Shown: positions 1 to 11,773 of the stretch, piece after piece
Layout: every line of letters starts with the position of its first letter
Position numbering within the stretch: position 1 is the stretch's first letter
NCBI GenBank assembly: GCA_004022145.1
Contig: RCNU01000002.1
Reading direction: 5' to 3' (one strand)
Origin: Paecilomyces variotii
Taxonomy: Eukaryota
Length of the DNA stretch: 64,000 bases
The notes under the pieces: generated by a model
Seen by the model: the letters and a program-made list of their open reading frames with translations, nothing else
What the model was told of the DNA's origin: nothing
Database searches by the model: none
Translations under genes and position numbers: made by a program

Positions 1-890
1 AGTTATTCTATCGCATTAAACAAGCGATCCTTAGCACCGGCGGCCCCGGTTATCTCGAATACGAGTCTATTCTTCCTGATACCGGTTACGAAGTCGCAAG
101 GATGCTCGCCCTTGACGGTGACGTTGAACGAGAGTCCCCTAGAATATCATACAATCCAAGCACTCGCATTCTTTCCGTGACCATGCCCACTCGATTCCAC
201 AACTGTCATTTGAATTGGGCTCACCTGGAGATGTCTGCATCATTGCACCTGCATGGCTTCTTTGCATGGAACGAGTTCATACAGCTAGAGTTTGGCTCAA
301 ATTCTGGTAAGTCTCTTTAAGTAGGATTCCATATACGCAACATGTTAATCAAAGTCGATAGGTTTTCATAGTTTCCCATTTCCCTGGCAGAACATCTGCA
401 AGGAACCAGATTGCTATATTACGCCAAGAGGAGCTGCGTTCCCGACGATTGTCTTCGAAGCTGGGTACTGGAAATTGTATCCGCAACTTCTTGCCGACAA
501 AGACCTGTGGTTCAATGGGACCACCATGGTCAACGCTGTCGTTCTGGTGAAGTGGTCCAAAATATCTAACGATAGTGTTAAAGGCTTTGTCGAACTTTGA
601 CGCAGAGGTGTCCCAAGCCCTGAGACTATTGTAAGTATTACTTGCTCTAGGAACTTATACTTCCCTTGCCTGCCTATAAACTCACTCACCTGGTATAATT
701 ATAGGAAATCTTCCCAGCTCCTGCGCCAGGAACACCGCCACAAACCCTCACATTTTACAGGGGAGATTTCTATGTGGGAGGTGCGGTGCCTGTGGGCAGG
801 AATCCCCTTGACCCTTGCCCATGGAGTATGGACTCCTTTTGACGTTCGGCGGATGCTGCAATCAGAAAGGAGGGCCTTGTGCCGGCATTA
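1..890 (+). pseudogene. Pseudogene (5' end outside window) of a fungal protein resembling PD-(D/E)XK/Uma2-type restriction-endonuclease-like proteins
   Basis: The frame is open from nt 3. GT-AG introns at 307-361 and 631-704 join to ...KEPDCYITPRGAAFPTIVFEAGYW...DKDLWF...VVLVKWSK. In-frame TGA stops interrupt exon 2 (598-600) and exon 3 (840-842). The 3' end is approximate. Confidence 0.6.
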
Positions 891-1093
891 GGGCGGACAA
901 GTAGTCAAATCAGAGTTTGATATTCTAGAGAAGCTGCTATAGATGGTATGTCTCATGGTAAGAATAGTCCCGGCATGGTTAATGATCTTTTGTCTCAGTT
1001 CTTGGATCAGCCTACATTCCCCTTTGTATAAGTGGACCACATTTACCGTTGAAGAAGCAGTCTATTTAGCCGATGCGTTGGGTCTGCTGCGAT

Positions 1094-1153
1094 AATCTCG
1101 CACCTCAACGCGGTGCTGGAGTCTAGTAGCCATATCGGCAAAGCTAAGATGAG
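1094..1153 (+). repeat. Degenerate ~60-bp direct repeat, copy A (copy B at 4577-4637)
   Basis: AATCTCGCACCTCAaCGcGGTGCTGGAGTCTAGTAGCCaTAtCGGCaAAG-CTAAGAtGAG aligns to copy B with 6 substitutions and 1 gap. Confidence 0.85.
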
Positions 1154-2343
1154 CTCAATTTATCTTTAAATCTCGAAAGGTAAAGGTCTATCACATATAT
1201 GATAATGATGATAAGTAATAGCTAATGGAATAGTTAAATACCATATCCAATAGAGATCTTGTCGAATCCTAGTGGCGCGGAAGTGACAATACGATTTAAA
1301 CCTTCTGGCTATAGCTAGGTTGCTTGTTTGACCCGAGATTAAGGGGAGGTTGATGCTATACTTATCTCTCTATTATATAAAGAATCTAGATCCGAAAGAT
1401 TTAGCAGATTATATCCTATAATTATAATTTGATGAAAATGGATGATGAAATAGCCTTTGTGCGCCAACGCATCGGTAAGATTGTGTCTCGATTAGACTTG
1501 TGTCAAGTAGGCATCCCCAAGTGATTATGACATAAGTTAGTTACAATAGTAGTTAATTAGTCAGACAAACTGCTAACTAACTAACTAACTATCTAACACT
1601 ATCAAGTGTAATTCGATACTATACAAAACTACCTACTAATGTAGCCCATGGGTGACTCGGCCAGCGCGGTAATTATTCCATACAAAATAGGCCATTTTAG
1701 AAATTTAAATATCTCAACGAATAACAGAAACCAACTTAACACTCTAGGATTCTCCGCTTGGCCAACTCATATAGCATTGAGTGGGGTATGAGTGTTCAAA
1801 AATCAGATATGCATTGGAGGGAGAACGGAGAGATATGTATGGTAGAGACAGGGATGTTAAGCGGGTTGTGCAACCAAACAGCAGGGCACTAACATAGGAA
1901 GCCTGCAGCGTGACTACTGACAGGCCTCTGCATAATGTATGCTTATATGAATTATTTTATTAGTTACTCGTAGTGATGGTTCTTCTTTTCTTGCAGATGT
2001 ATACCCCGCTATCAAGTGGTTTGCGCACACCAGGACAAGCAAGTCATCCCAGATTGGTGTCTTTTTCCGAGAGAACCATTCAACAGCTAACCATAAATGC
2101 ATACTGTCCCCCGATATTTGTGGTTAGGGGATCAACTCCCCAATTGACAACGCTGGCTGTCAGGGATATTGATGTATTAGTCCGAACGAGGGGGGAGCCT
2201 TATATTTCCAGCAGGGAGGGTCAAGATCGAACCGGGATGAGGGACTGGGGATAAAAGAACTCTTATTGTGTCGGGTCCCTCGGGCTTGGATCTTTAGCTC
2301 ATCTTCAGCATTGTGACGCCAGTATACTCCGATATCAACCAAA

Positions 2344-4105
2344 ATGCAGATATGTTTGAATTTGGCAGGGTTGTTCAATATATTCTCCCAGAGTTGCCGT
2401 CCCGTGGACCTGGAGCACTGTGTATGTCCCTTTGGTCAATTATATGGTCAAGGCTAATCGTAAGGGTAGTGCACAGCATTGGAGTCAACGACCCTTCGGG
2501 AAAAGGTCTTGTATCCAGCTACAGCAGCCTACTACAGCTCGGTTGAGTCATACTTTGCTGTCAACGCGAGATTAACACCTACTTGTATCGTACAGCCAGA
2601 GACAGCAGACGATGTAGCTCTTGCGGTTTCAACTCTCACAGCACCAAATCGGATACAGAAATGCCAGTTCGCTATCCGCAGCGGTGGCCATACCAGCTGG
2701 GCAGGAGCAGCAAATATCGAACAGGGTGTGACTATCGATCTATCCCATTTGAATTCAACTACATTCCACCCGGAGAATTATACAGTGTCTATTCTTCCAG
2801 GAGCTAGATGGGGGTCCGTTTATAAGACACTTCATCCGCTAGGTGTGATGGTAACAGGAGGCCGAGCCAGTCCGGTCGGCGCAGGAGGCATCACTCTGGG
2901 AGGTATGTTATCTTCTCTCTATTATCGACACTGCTGACCTGCTCAAGGTGGAAATTCTTTCTTCGCTTCGCGATATGGCCTTGTCTGTGATAGTGTGGTC
3001 AACTTTGAGGCAAGAGATCCCTTAACTGCACTTGGTATCTACGCTAATACTTTATAGGTCGTCCTGGCCAATGGTGAAATCGTCAATGCAAACAATGAGA
3101 CAAATGCCGATTTGTTCAAAGCTCTCAAAGGCGGCTCTAATAATTTCGGCATCGTGACCAAAATCGACTTTGCCGCCTTTGAACACACTGGAGTCTGGGG
3201 CGGAGTCATACTTCACGACATTTCGACTACCTCCCAGCAGATCCCAGCATTTGTCAACTTCACCGATCATGTGGTAGATGACCCTTATGCGTCATTGATA
3301 ACCTCCTGGGATTACTCCTCTACTCGGGGAAAAAGTGTGATTTCCAATATACTCGTGCACACGAAGCCTATAGAACGCGCATCAAGCTTTGATGAAGTCC
3401 TAGCCATCCCGAGCCTCAGTAGTACGATGCGTCTCACAAATATGCATGACTTAACTGAAGAGCTACACCTGCCGCCTGAGATGCGGTGAGTTCAACTACC
3501 ACTTCAGGTCTCTTTTCATCGAAATTATTAACTCATCGCCAGGGGTCGGTTCCTCACACTGACTTTCAAGAACGATCCACGTCTCATACAAAAGGCACTT
3601 GACCTGCGTGACAGTTCGATCAAGATAGCAAAGGCAAAAGCCCGGAGCAGCGAGTGGCTTTTCACTGCCTTTTTCCAACCCTTACCAAAACTCTTCTCAC
3701 AACACAGCGTCGCCAAAGGGGGCAACGTTATCGGTCTTGATCGCTTCGATGAGAATCTTTTGTGTACGTCTGATTCTATTCGCTACTGCTCAGCTTACCA
3801 CCTACTAACGATATCATTACGAAATTCCAGTATTCCTTGTTGCTATCGGATGGAAGGATACCGTTGATGATTCACTGTTCGACTCTCTCGGGAAGGCCAC
3901 AATCGAGCAACTGGACGCGTACGCTAAAGAACTAGGTGCTGATAACGAATGGATTTACCTCAATTATGCCGACGTATCTCAGAACCCTCTCCGCAGCTAC
4001 GGTGAGGAGAATCTTGCGGAAATCCGACGCGTTGCCGAGAAGTATGATCCCGAACACGTCTTTCAGTATCAGGTTCCAGGAGGCTTCAAAGTGGGAAGGA
4101 CATGA
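2344..4105 (+). CDS. FAD-linked oxidoreductase (FAD_binding_4 / berberine-bridge-enzyme-like), possibly secreted; multi-exon
   Basis: Motifs PTCIVQP, FAIRSGGH (covalent-FAD His motif), TIDLS, GGITLGG, ALKGGSNNFGIVT and C-terminal YLNYA...KYDP..VF...PGGFK. ATG 2344; first intron 2422-2469; GC-AG intron 3010-3057; TGA 4103-4105. Confidence 0.88.
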
Positions 4106-4339
4106 TGAACCAATCCTTCTTCTAGTATGGAGTAAGTGAAGTCAAATCCCAATACCGTTAGCCTTGGGATCAGAAACTTGAAATAAGATAGATATAGTTA
4201 AAAACTTGGATATCTCTATTATAGTATAAAGAATGACTTGACTGTAGCATTTGTGATGCTCATTATGCCACTGCTAGATCATGACTGAGAACTGCAGGCG
4301 TCGCCTTGAGCTGGAGGCTCTGGTAAACAATAATTATCA

Positions 4340-4660
4340 GAACTCGTCCTGTGCTATGATAAACCTCACGTGTTCTGCTACAGAGTAGATTCCGTCTAGA
4401 TGCTTAATACGCGCGCGCAAGATCGCCGTCGGGAATGGAGACAGCAGCGCGAGCAGTTGCTGCAAGAGCAACAGGGGCAACAGACTAACCCAGCCGCCGA
4501 AGAAGCGGATAATAAGTAAGACTACAGTAAGAAAGAGGCTAATGAGCCGGGCACTGAAGAAGTTCCCACCTCCAGCAATCTCGCACCTCACCGTGGTGCT
4601 GGAGTCTAGTAGCCGTACCGGCGAAGGCTAAGACGAGTTTTATCTAACGCAAGGCATCCA
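4340..4660 (+). pseudogene. Decayed coding relic containing copy B of the direct repeat
   Basis: One frame reads ...RVDSV*MLNTRAQDRRREWRQQREQLLQEQQGQQ...DNK*...GAGV**PYRRRLRR. The stops are TAG/TAA in a Gln-rich context, consistent with CAG/CAA mutated to TAG/TAA. Confidence 0.45.
4577..4637 (+). repeat. Degenerate ~60-bp direct repeat, copy B (copy A at 1094-1153)
   Basis: Direct alignment with 1094-1153. Confidence 0.85.
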
Positions 4661-5154
4661 TAATTCTCGCAAAGCCGTTCGACGCGACGAGATTGCAATT
4701 TGGCAGCGCATTGATGGAACAGAGAGCAGTCGATGTCGGTGAAGAAAGCGGAGGTGAAACTAGAGTCTCGGCGCGGCAGGAACATCAACTTGGGGAACTC
4801 GACCATATGATTCCATCGCACAATGCCTCAACAGTAACCTGCGCCTCCAAAATCACTTTAGCCATTGGAGTTGATTTGCGGGGTCAGAATATCTTTCCTG
4901 CAACAAAATGGCGAGGCTTCATGGACGAGGCTGTGCTGTGCGCACTTCAACAACAATGTGCTCTCAGCCTTGCGACGCATCATTTCCATTTAGAGACATA
5001 CAGCAACCGCTTTTTTTTGGGGGCGTATTTACGGAGTAGATCGTACTCGAGGAGGGGTTTTTACAGCCTGATCGCTCGTTGACCCCCTAACACCTCAGTT
5101 CTTCGATCGAGGGGATAATGTCCTTCATGTTACTTCCTTGCATCTCCTCATTGC

Positions 5155-7370
5155 ATGACAATGAAGAAACCTTCGTTTCATATCTATTTGCCTGCCCCGG
5201 CATCGATGCTACTGGCATTGATCGCCGGGGTAATTATGACGCTTGTCCACCACTTCTTTTACCAACGTCTAAACGGCAAACGTGTCCCAGATGTCGATTA
5301 TCAGGTCTTGAATGTTCCATATACGATTTCTGATCAGCAAATCAACATATCGGCCGGGACGGTGTGGGCATATTTGGTAAAAGTCCTTCTCGGACTCGCT
5401 GCGACGACTGCCTACGAGCAATTGTTTTGGAAGGCCATTAAATCTCGTACCACTAAGGTTGCCGTAATTGACGATATATTCTCCGTCGCGGAGAATGTCT
5501 TTTCTCTGCTCATATGGTCACTATGGAGAAACTACCCGCTGATAATGCTTCTAGGCCTGATCGGCTGGTAAGTGTTGCATACTGGTTGCAAAGTTGATGC
5601 TAGAGACTTTTCTTACGATGATCTCCTTTAGGCTTCTCCCAGTTGCATCTGTTATTACGTTAGCAACTTTATCGGTTGAGCCAACACTATCGTCTACTTC
5701 CAGCTTGATGCGGGTACCCCGAGTCAACTTTACAAACCTCGATTTCTCGCATATCATGTGGGGAAGTCAAGACATAGAATATCTCGGCCCACAGGATTCT
5801 ATACGAAGAGTAGCCGAAGTCGCAGCTGCAGAGGGTGAACTCCTTTCTATTCCCGCTCCCAATGCCAATTCATCATGGCAGGTGAACTTTCACGGGCCTG
5901 CTTTGAGCTGTAATGCTGTCAACGACTCCCTCCGAAGTGATATCGCGCAGAATATTCTTCAGACCAGCAAAGGGCAGATGGGTATTGGTTACGCGTATAT
6001 AGCTTGGACACCAACCAGCAATAGCTCTGTGCCATTTTACCAGAACGGCAGTGATAGCTATGTTCTGAAAGCTAATCCAGGTGGTTCATTTAGCGAAGTT
6101 CGGACTGCTCCATTGTCACTATTTGTGGGTGCATTTCCGACAATAGCCACTCAACATCCAGTCTGCAGTTATGTCCTCCCGGGGAATGAATGCAGCCCGG
6201 CACCATGCAATAGCACAACATGTTTACTTGAGAAGTCGACAATCCTACAATGTTCTTTATACAATACGTCTTATAACACCAATTTCACCTACGTCAATGG
6301 GGAGCAAACTGTGAACATTTCGCTTGGTGGAGTTTTGAATAGTATTCCCTACTTAGGGGGACTTCTCTACAGCTGGACTGGCCCTACCATAGCTACCTCA
6401 CCCAACATGTTCTCGTCTCTGGAAACGTTTGCATATCAGTCTGTGATGGAATCTTTTAACAGGCTGCTTGTTGGAAGTATCAGCTACTCCTTCCTCGGCA
6501 CTGCGGATTCTCTTAGTGGCGTGTATCAGACCGCCCCTAACACGAGTGTGTTGTCGACAGCTTTATCGGAAACACCAGAACTTTCGTTCTTGAATGGCAA
6601 CGGATCAACATCTGTCCCAAATACTCAATCATTGTCAGATGCGATTGAGCATATGTTCCAAAATATCACAGTCTCTCTGATGAGTTTATCACAACTACAG
6701 TAAATGCGCCCTCGAGTCTATCATTCCATATACACTGCCCAGGTTGCTAATAACATAATATGACAGACCAGACTATTCATCTCCCTATGCTCCTTCAGAT
6801 ACCAATGTGACGATCATCGAAAATCGCAATACCTATGCCTACTCCCGGGCTATTCTGTGGATAACTTATGGCATTGCGATCTTTTTAACTCTACTCAGCG
6901 TCTTGCTTGGCATGCTTGCAAATCGAGCAAATCATGGATCTTACAGTTCGACGTTCTCTACGATTATGAGAACAACTCGAAATGCCACTCTTTCCTCGGA
7001 GATCCGCCTAGCTGATTGCAGTGGCAAGGATCCACTTCCGGAATATGTTTCGGATGCTACAATCTCATTTCTGAATCCTGGGAAGTTCAACATCGAAGCA
7101 GTTAAGGAGCTACCCAAAGGATCTAGAGAGTCGGAAGACCACCATGATGCATCTAGCCAACTGCTGCGTGAAAACAACAATGAAGCAGTTGGGGATCTCC
7201 GTGGAGAATCTAGACGGTCAGAAGACGGTCCCGAGACGCCTCGTCAACGGTCGCATAGAGATAGTATTGGCGCGGCTAACGAGGTATCCGATGAACCCAG
7301 ACAACGGGAAGTCAGCCCCGAGGCGCCTAGCCGACCGTCGCATGAAAATGACGAAACGAACGACACATGA
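5155..7370 (+). CDS. Uncharacterised fungal multi-pass membrane glycoprotein
   Basis: Three ORFs join through GT-AG introns 5568-5631 and 6700-6766. There are N-terminal hydrophobic helices (HHFFYQRLNG, AYEQLFWK), a lumenal region with many N-x-S/T sites and GPALSC, then a C-terminal TM (ILWITYGIAIF) followed by SFSTIMRTTR-like sequence. Confidence 0.8.
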
Positions 7371-8923
7371 AAAGATCTGGTTTTGGGGGATAATTTACGG
7401 TGCGTTTCCTTTGAGCTATGACATTTGTCGTGTATATCAGCCGCTGGGTTTCCCATTCCAGATGAACGGAGCATCGAGCAAGAATTGGGTTATAGATAGA
7501 CGGAGTAATATAGACATAATAGGTACTTAGTAGATGCAAACAGTTCTTTCTGCACGTCCATCTTTTATGTATGTATAATAGCGACATCATAAGCTGTCAA
7601 GGCCTCATGGAATCTGTACATGATATCATCATGTATTGTTATGTGTTTCTGCGACAGAACTAGCGCAGTATTCAATTACTTCATGAGGAGGACCAGTGCA
7701 TAAAATTATGTAGACTTAATGTCACTGCTAGACGATCACGTGCCTTAACTCCGGGACCCCTTTCTTTTTTCCGAGTCGGTAATTCGTCGGTCCGCGTTTA
7801 ATACGAGAACGCAAGGGGGCATTTCTCGATATTTTAATTAGATAGAATAGAAGATCCGTTAAGTTGCTGGTAGAGTAATAATAGTCTTTTTTTCTTTTTT
7901 TTTCAATAATGAATAATGGGTTCTGATGAGTTACTTGGTGGAGTACGATACTTGAAGAGGCATGTCGTATTCGTATCTGAATGCAAGTACGGAGTACCTA
8001 GGTATCTAATAGTTAAGTAACGCAACGCTAGTTTTGGGCATGATTAGGCCCCCCCAGCCTGACGATTCTTAGCGATGCATGAGGCAATCTGCGTGTTCGC
8101 AGGCCCTGTCTTAGCAATGTAAGAGTATTGATTATTGATCAGTATGGGGATAGATGCCTTGTGATGGATCTGAGAATGTTTGCTAGACAGCATATTGCGA
8201 GCGAGACAGTACAGTAAGTATATCTATGGGGAGTGTGCTCCAGAACGTTCAACGAGCCGCTATAAATATCCGTTTGCAGACGCAGCAATCTTTTCAGATC
8301 AGAACTAGTACTCTAACTACACTACTACTATTTACTCCGTGAGATCCGTCCTCCCCACCAGGAGAACTCAAAATTATGGTAAGTTAGAGAGGCCTGACGC
8401 TTACGTGAGAAGTCGAGCCAGACCCCCAAACAACAGCTGAGACAGACAGAGCTGCATCCGATTCACCTTCACCAGCAGAAGGGCGTGATTTAATCAAACC
8501 ACTAGTAGTACCAAGATCCGTGGATATCGAGAGGCAGTGACAACGCGCACAGTGACCATTGGCCCTGAGGATAAAGCTGACAGCATCACACATATCTCTA
8601 GCTGAAGTGAGCCGGCTGTACCGAACCCATCAGATTCGCAAAGAGTGCAACGAGTGGGAGTTTGACATCATCCACCGTGAGAACTGCTGCATTCCACGGA
8701 TTGATAGCGTGGCTTGGCCGTCCGTCGCTTCCGCTACCGGGAATTCAAGGGCAAGTCAATAAGCTGCTAGTTCCAATCCCTTGTTCCACCGCAGCGAGTC
8801 TATCTCAAGGTCTTAAAATTCGAGAGATGGTTCTTCTTTCTGTTCCCTTGTTGTCCACCGTGCTGCTGTTTTCTCGTCTTCTCGTGCTGGCGCTCTGAGC
8901 AGCGCCTTCAAAAGTTCTCCAAG

Positions 8924-11011
8924 ATGCGCTTCCTCGACGCTATTCTTGGCTCTGTCGCTCTGGCGGGACTGTTTCCTGGTAAGGCTGAAAGTGTTTTCCC
9001 CGCGAGTGGCCGGATCATCGCCTCCGTATCGTTCTTCCCCCAAGCCGCTGCTAACTCACTTGAGCATAGATGCCATCGCAACGCCACTGGACTCTCTGGC
9101 CTTGAATGCTGCTGTTGAGGTAGCTCGTCGCGCGCTCCCCAATGCGCCTAATGGGTATACTCCTACCAATGTCTCGTGTCCAGCGAACCGCCCGACGGTG
9201 CGCAGCGCAGCGACCTTGTCCCCGAATGAGACTTCATGGCTGGAGAAGCGAAGGAACAACACCGTCCAGCCGATGAAGGATTTCTTCGGTCATGTCACCG
9301 TTGCGAACTTTGACGCCGCTGCTTACATCGACAAAGTCGCGAACAATGTGTCAGCACTGCCCAATATTGCCGTTGCGGTGTCCGGCGGTGGCTACCGCGC
9401 GCTGATGAACGGCGCCGGTGCAATCAAGGCCTTTGATAGTCGGACGGAGAATGCAACGGCGTCTGGTCATTTGGGAGGACTATTGCAGTCGGCAACCTAC
9501 GTGGCTGGTCTCAGTGGAGGCAGCTGGCTGGTAGGTTCGATCTATGTCAACAATTTCACGACCATCTCAGCGCTGCAGACGACAGTAAAGGGTTCATCAG
9601 TTTGGGAGTTTGGCAACTCGATCTTCGAGGGCCCGGATGATGGAGGCCTCCAGATTCTGGATACGGCCGATTATTTCAAACAAATTCGCGATATGGTTGC
9701 CGGTAAGGCTGACGCTGGTTTCCCGACGTCCATAACGGATTACTGGTAAGTTTCGCGTTGTTGCGAGTTGTATACGATCGCCATTGACATGTGTTCAGGG
9801 GACGTGCTTTGTCCTATCAGTTGATCAACGCTACCGATGGAGGCCCGAACTACACCTGGTCGTCCATCGCGTTGACCCAGGATTTCCAGCAGGGCAACAT
9901 GCCAATGCCACTCGTCGTGTCGGATGGCAGAAACCCAGGTGAGCTGCTGGTTGGAAGTAACTCCACCGTTTTCGAATTTAACCCATGGGAGTTTGGATCA
10001 TTTGACCCAACGCTCTATGGCTTTGCGCCGCTCGAGTACCTGGGGACGAAGTTCGTGGACGGAGAAGTGCCGAGCAACGAGAGCTGCGTGCGAGGCTTTG
10101 ACAATGCTGGCTATGTCATGGGCACCTCGTCTACCCTTTTCAACCAATTTCTTCTGCAGATCAACTCCACCGGTCTTCCCAGCTTTCTGAAGGATATCTT
10201 CACGAAGATACTGGAGGATATTGGCCAAGACAACGAAGATATCGCCGAGTACGAGCCCAACCCTTTCTACGGATTAGGAAACCGCACGTCCCCCTTTGCC
10301 ACCCAGCAGTCTTTGAACATGGTCGACGGTGGTGAAGATCTGCAGAACATCCCACTCCACCCCTTGATCCAGCCGGAGCGACATGTCGATGTCATCTTTG
10401 CCGTCGATTCCTCCGCCGATACGGACTATTCCTGGCCCAATGGAACCTCTCTGGTGGCTACCTACGAGCGAAGCCTGAATCGCACCGGTATCGCGAACGG
10501 TACTGCTTTCCCGGCCATCCCGGACCAGAACACTTTTGTGAATCTGGGGTTGAATACACGGCCCACTTTCTTCGGTTGTAACAGCTCGAACATTACTGGC
10601 ACTGCGCCGCTGATCGTCTATATCCCCAACTATCCTTACATGGCCTTCTCGAACGTTTCCACTTTCGACCCGAGCTACAACAACACGCAGCGAGATGCGA
10701 TCATCCTGAACGGCTACAATGTTGCAACCATGGGTAATGCTACTCGGGATTCGGACTGGCCTTCCTGTGTCGCGTGCGCCATCCTGAGCCGATCGTTGGA
10801 ACGCACCAACACTGCCGTGCCAGATACCTGCAACCAGTGCTTCTCGAGGTACTGCTGGAACGGAACCGTCAACAGCACGACCCCATCTAACTTTGACCCG
10901 ACCCCTGATTTGACCGTTCAGAGCTTGAGCGATGCAGCCGTTGGCAACGTTCGTCCTAGTCTCATGTTGATGGCAGCCTTTGCAGTCGGTGCTGTCTTCC
11001 TGGCAGTGTAA
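8924..11011 (+). CDS. plb: Lysophospholipase / phospholipase B (PLA2_B), secreted, probably GPI-anchored
   Basis: Signal peptide [16 protein letters not shown]. Catalytic motifs [14 protein letters not shown] and VDGGED. Hydrophobic C-terminal GPI-type tail. Introns 8979-9069 and 9746-9798. Confidence 0.95.
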
Positions 11012-11773
11012 CTGGTCTGAACAAGCCTACAGGCCAATTTCTCCTTCTTCAGCTTATAGTGGGCCGGCCGTATTAGCTCAGTCATCTTTTCCACTTACTT
11101 TTTTATTTCCTTTCTGCCCGCGGTTTTTTTGCTTAGGTCGGGCCCGTTATGTGTAAAATGGTATGGTTTCCGTACATAATTTGAATTTTAGAAGGCTATC
11201 CAGTGCAATTATCTTCACTATACAGTAAATAAGTAGTAACTAGTTACTGCCTGAAGGCTAACTGATAGTACTGGAGTCATAATGATAAAGGTACATACTT
11301 CTATACATGTAATAATGATGATAATTGTTATATTATTTCTCTTGCATTCCTGCAGACAAGACCCCGCACGTGACATTTCGCCTCGGCTAAATGTTGTCGG
11401 GGCAACGACCCGTGATCGCCGTCCCAAAACGGAAAGACAAACAAACGCCAATCCTCGTGCCCGCTTGACGTTTGTTATCACCAGCTCCACGATTTCAGTT
11501 TTAGCTGCATCCTTTGTACTTTCAGCTATCATATCACGCCAATGCAGCTGATCACTACGGCTGCGAGAGCTGAAATCGACAACCAACTACGCCATTTCGT
11601 CTGATACTTTCTATCTATCCAGAAGAAAGGAATGAATCGAATAACAACGACCTCCTGATTTCTGACGCTTCGACGATTTTCAACAACGCCCGATGCCCGA
11701 CGAAACCGAGTCGGCGATTGTATACTAACCGACATTCCCCAGCGATATTGAAATCAGAATATAACGGACCAAA

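Noticed and set aside
8376-8384. ATG immediately followed by GTAAGT downstream of a TATA box, upstream of plb
   Set aside because: Splicing it to the plb exon-2 acceptor gives the wrong phase, so there is no support for an alternative first exon. It may be a UTR intron.
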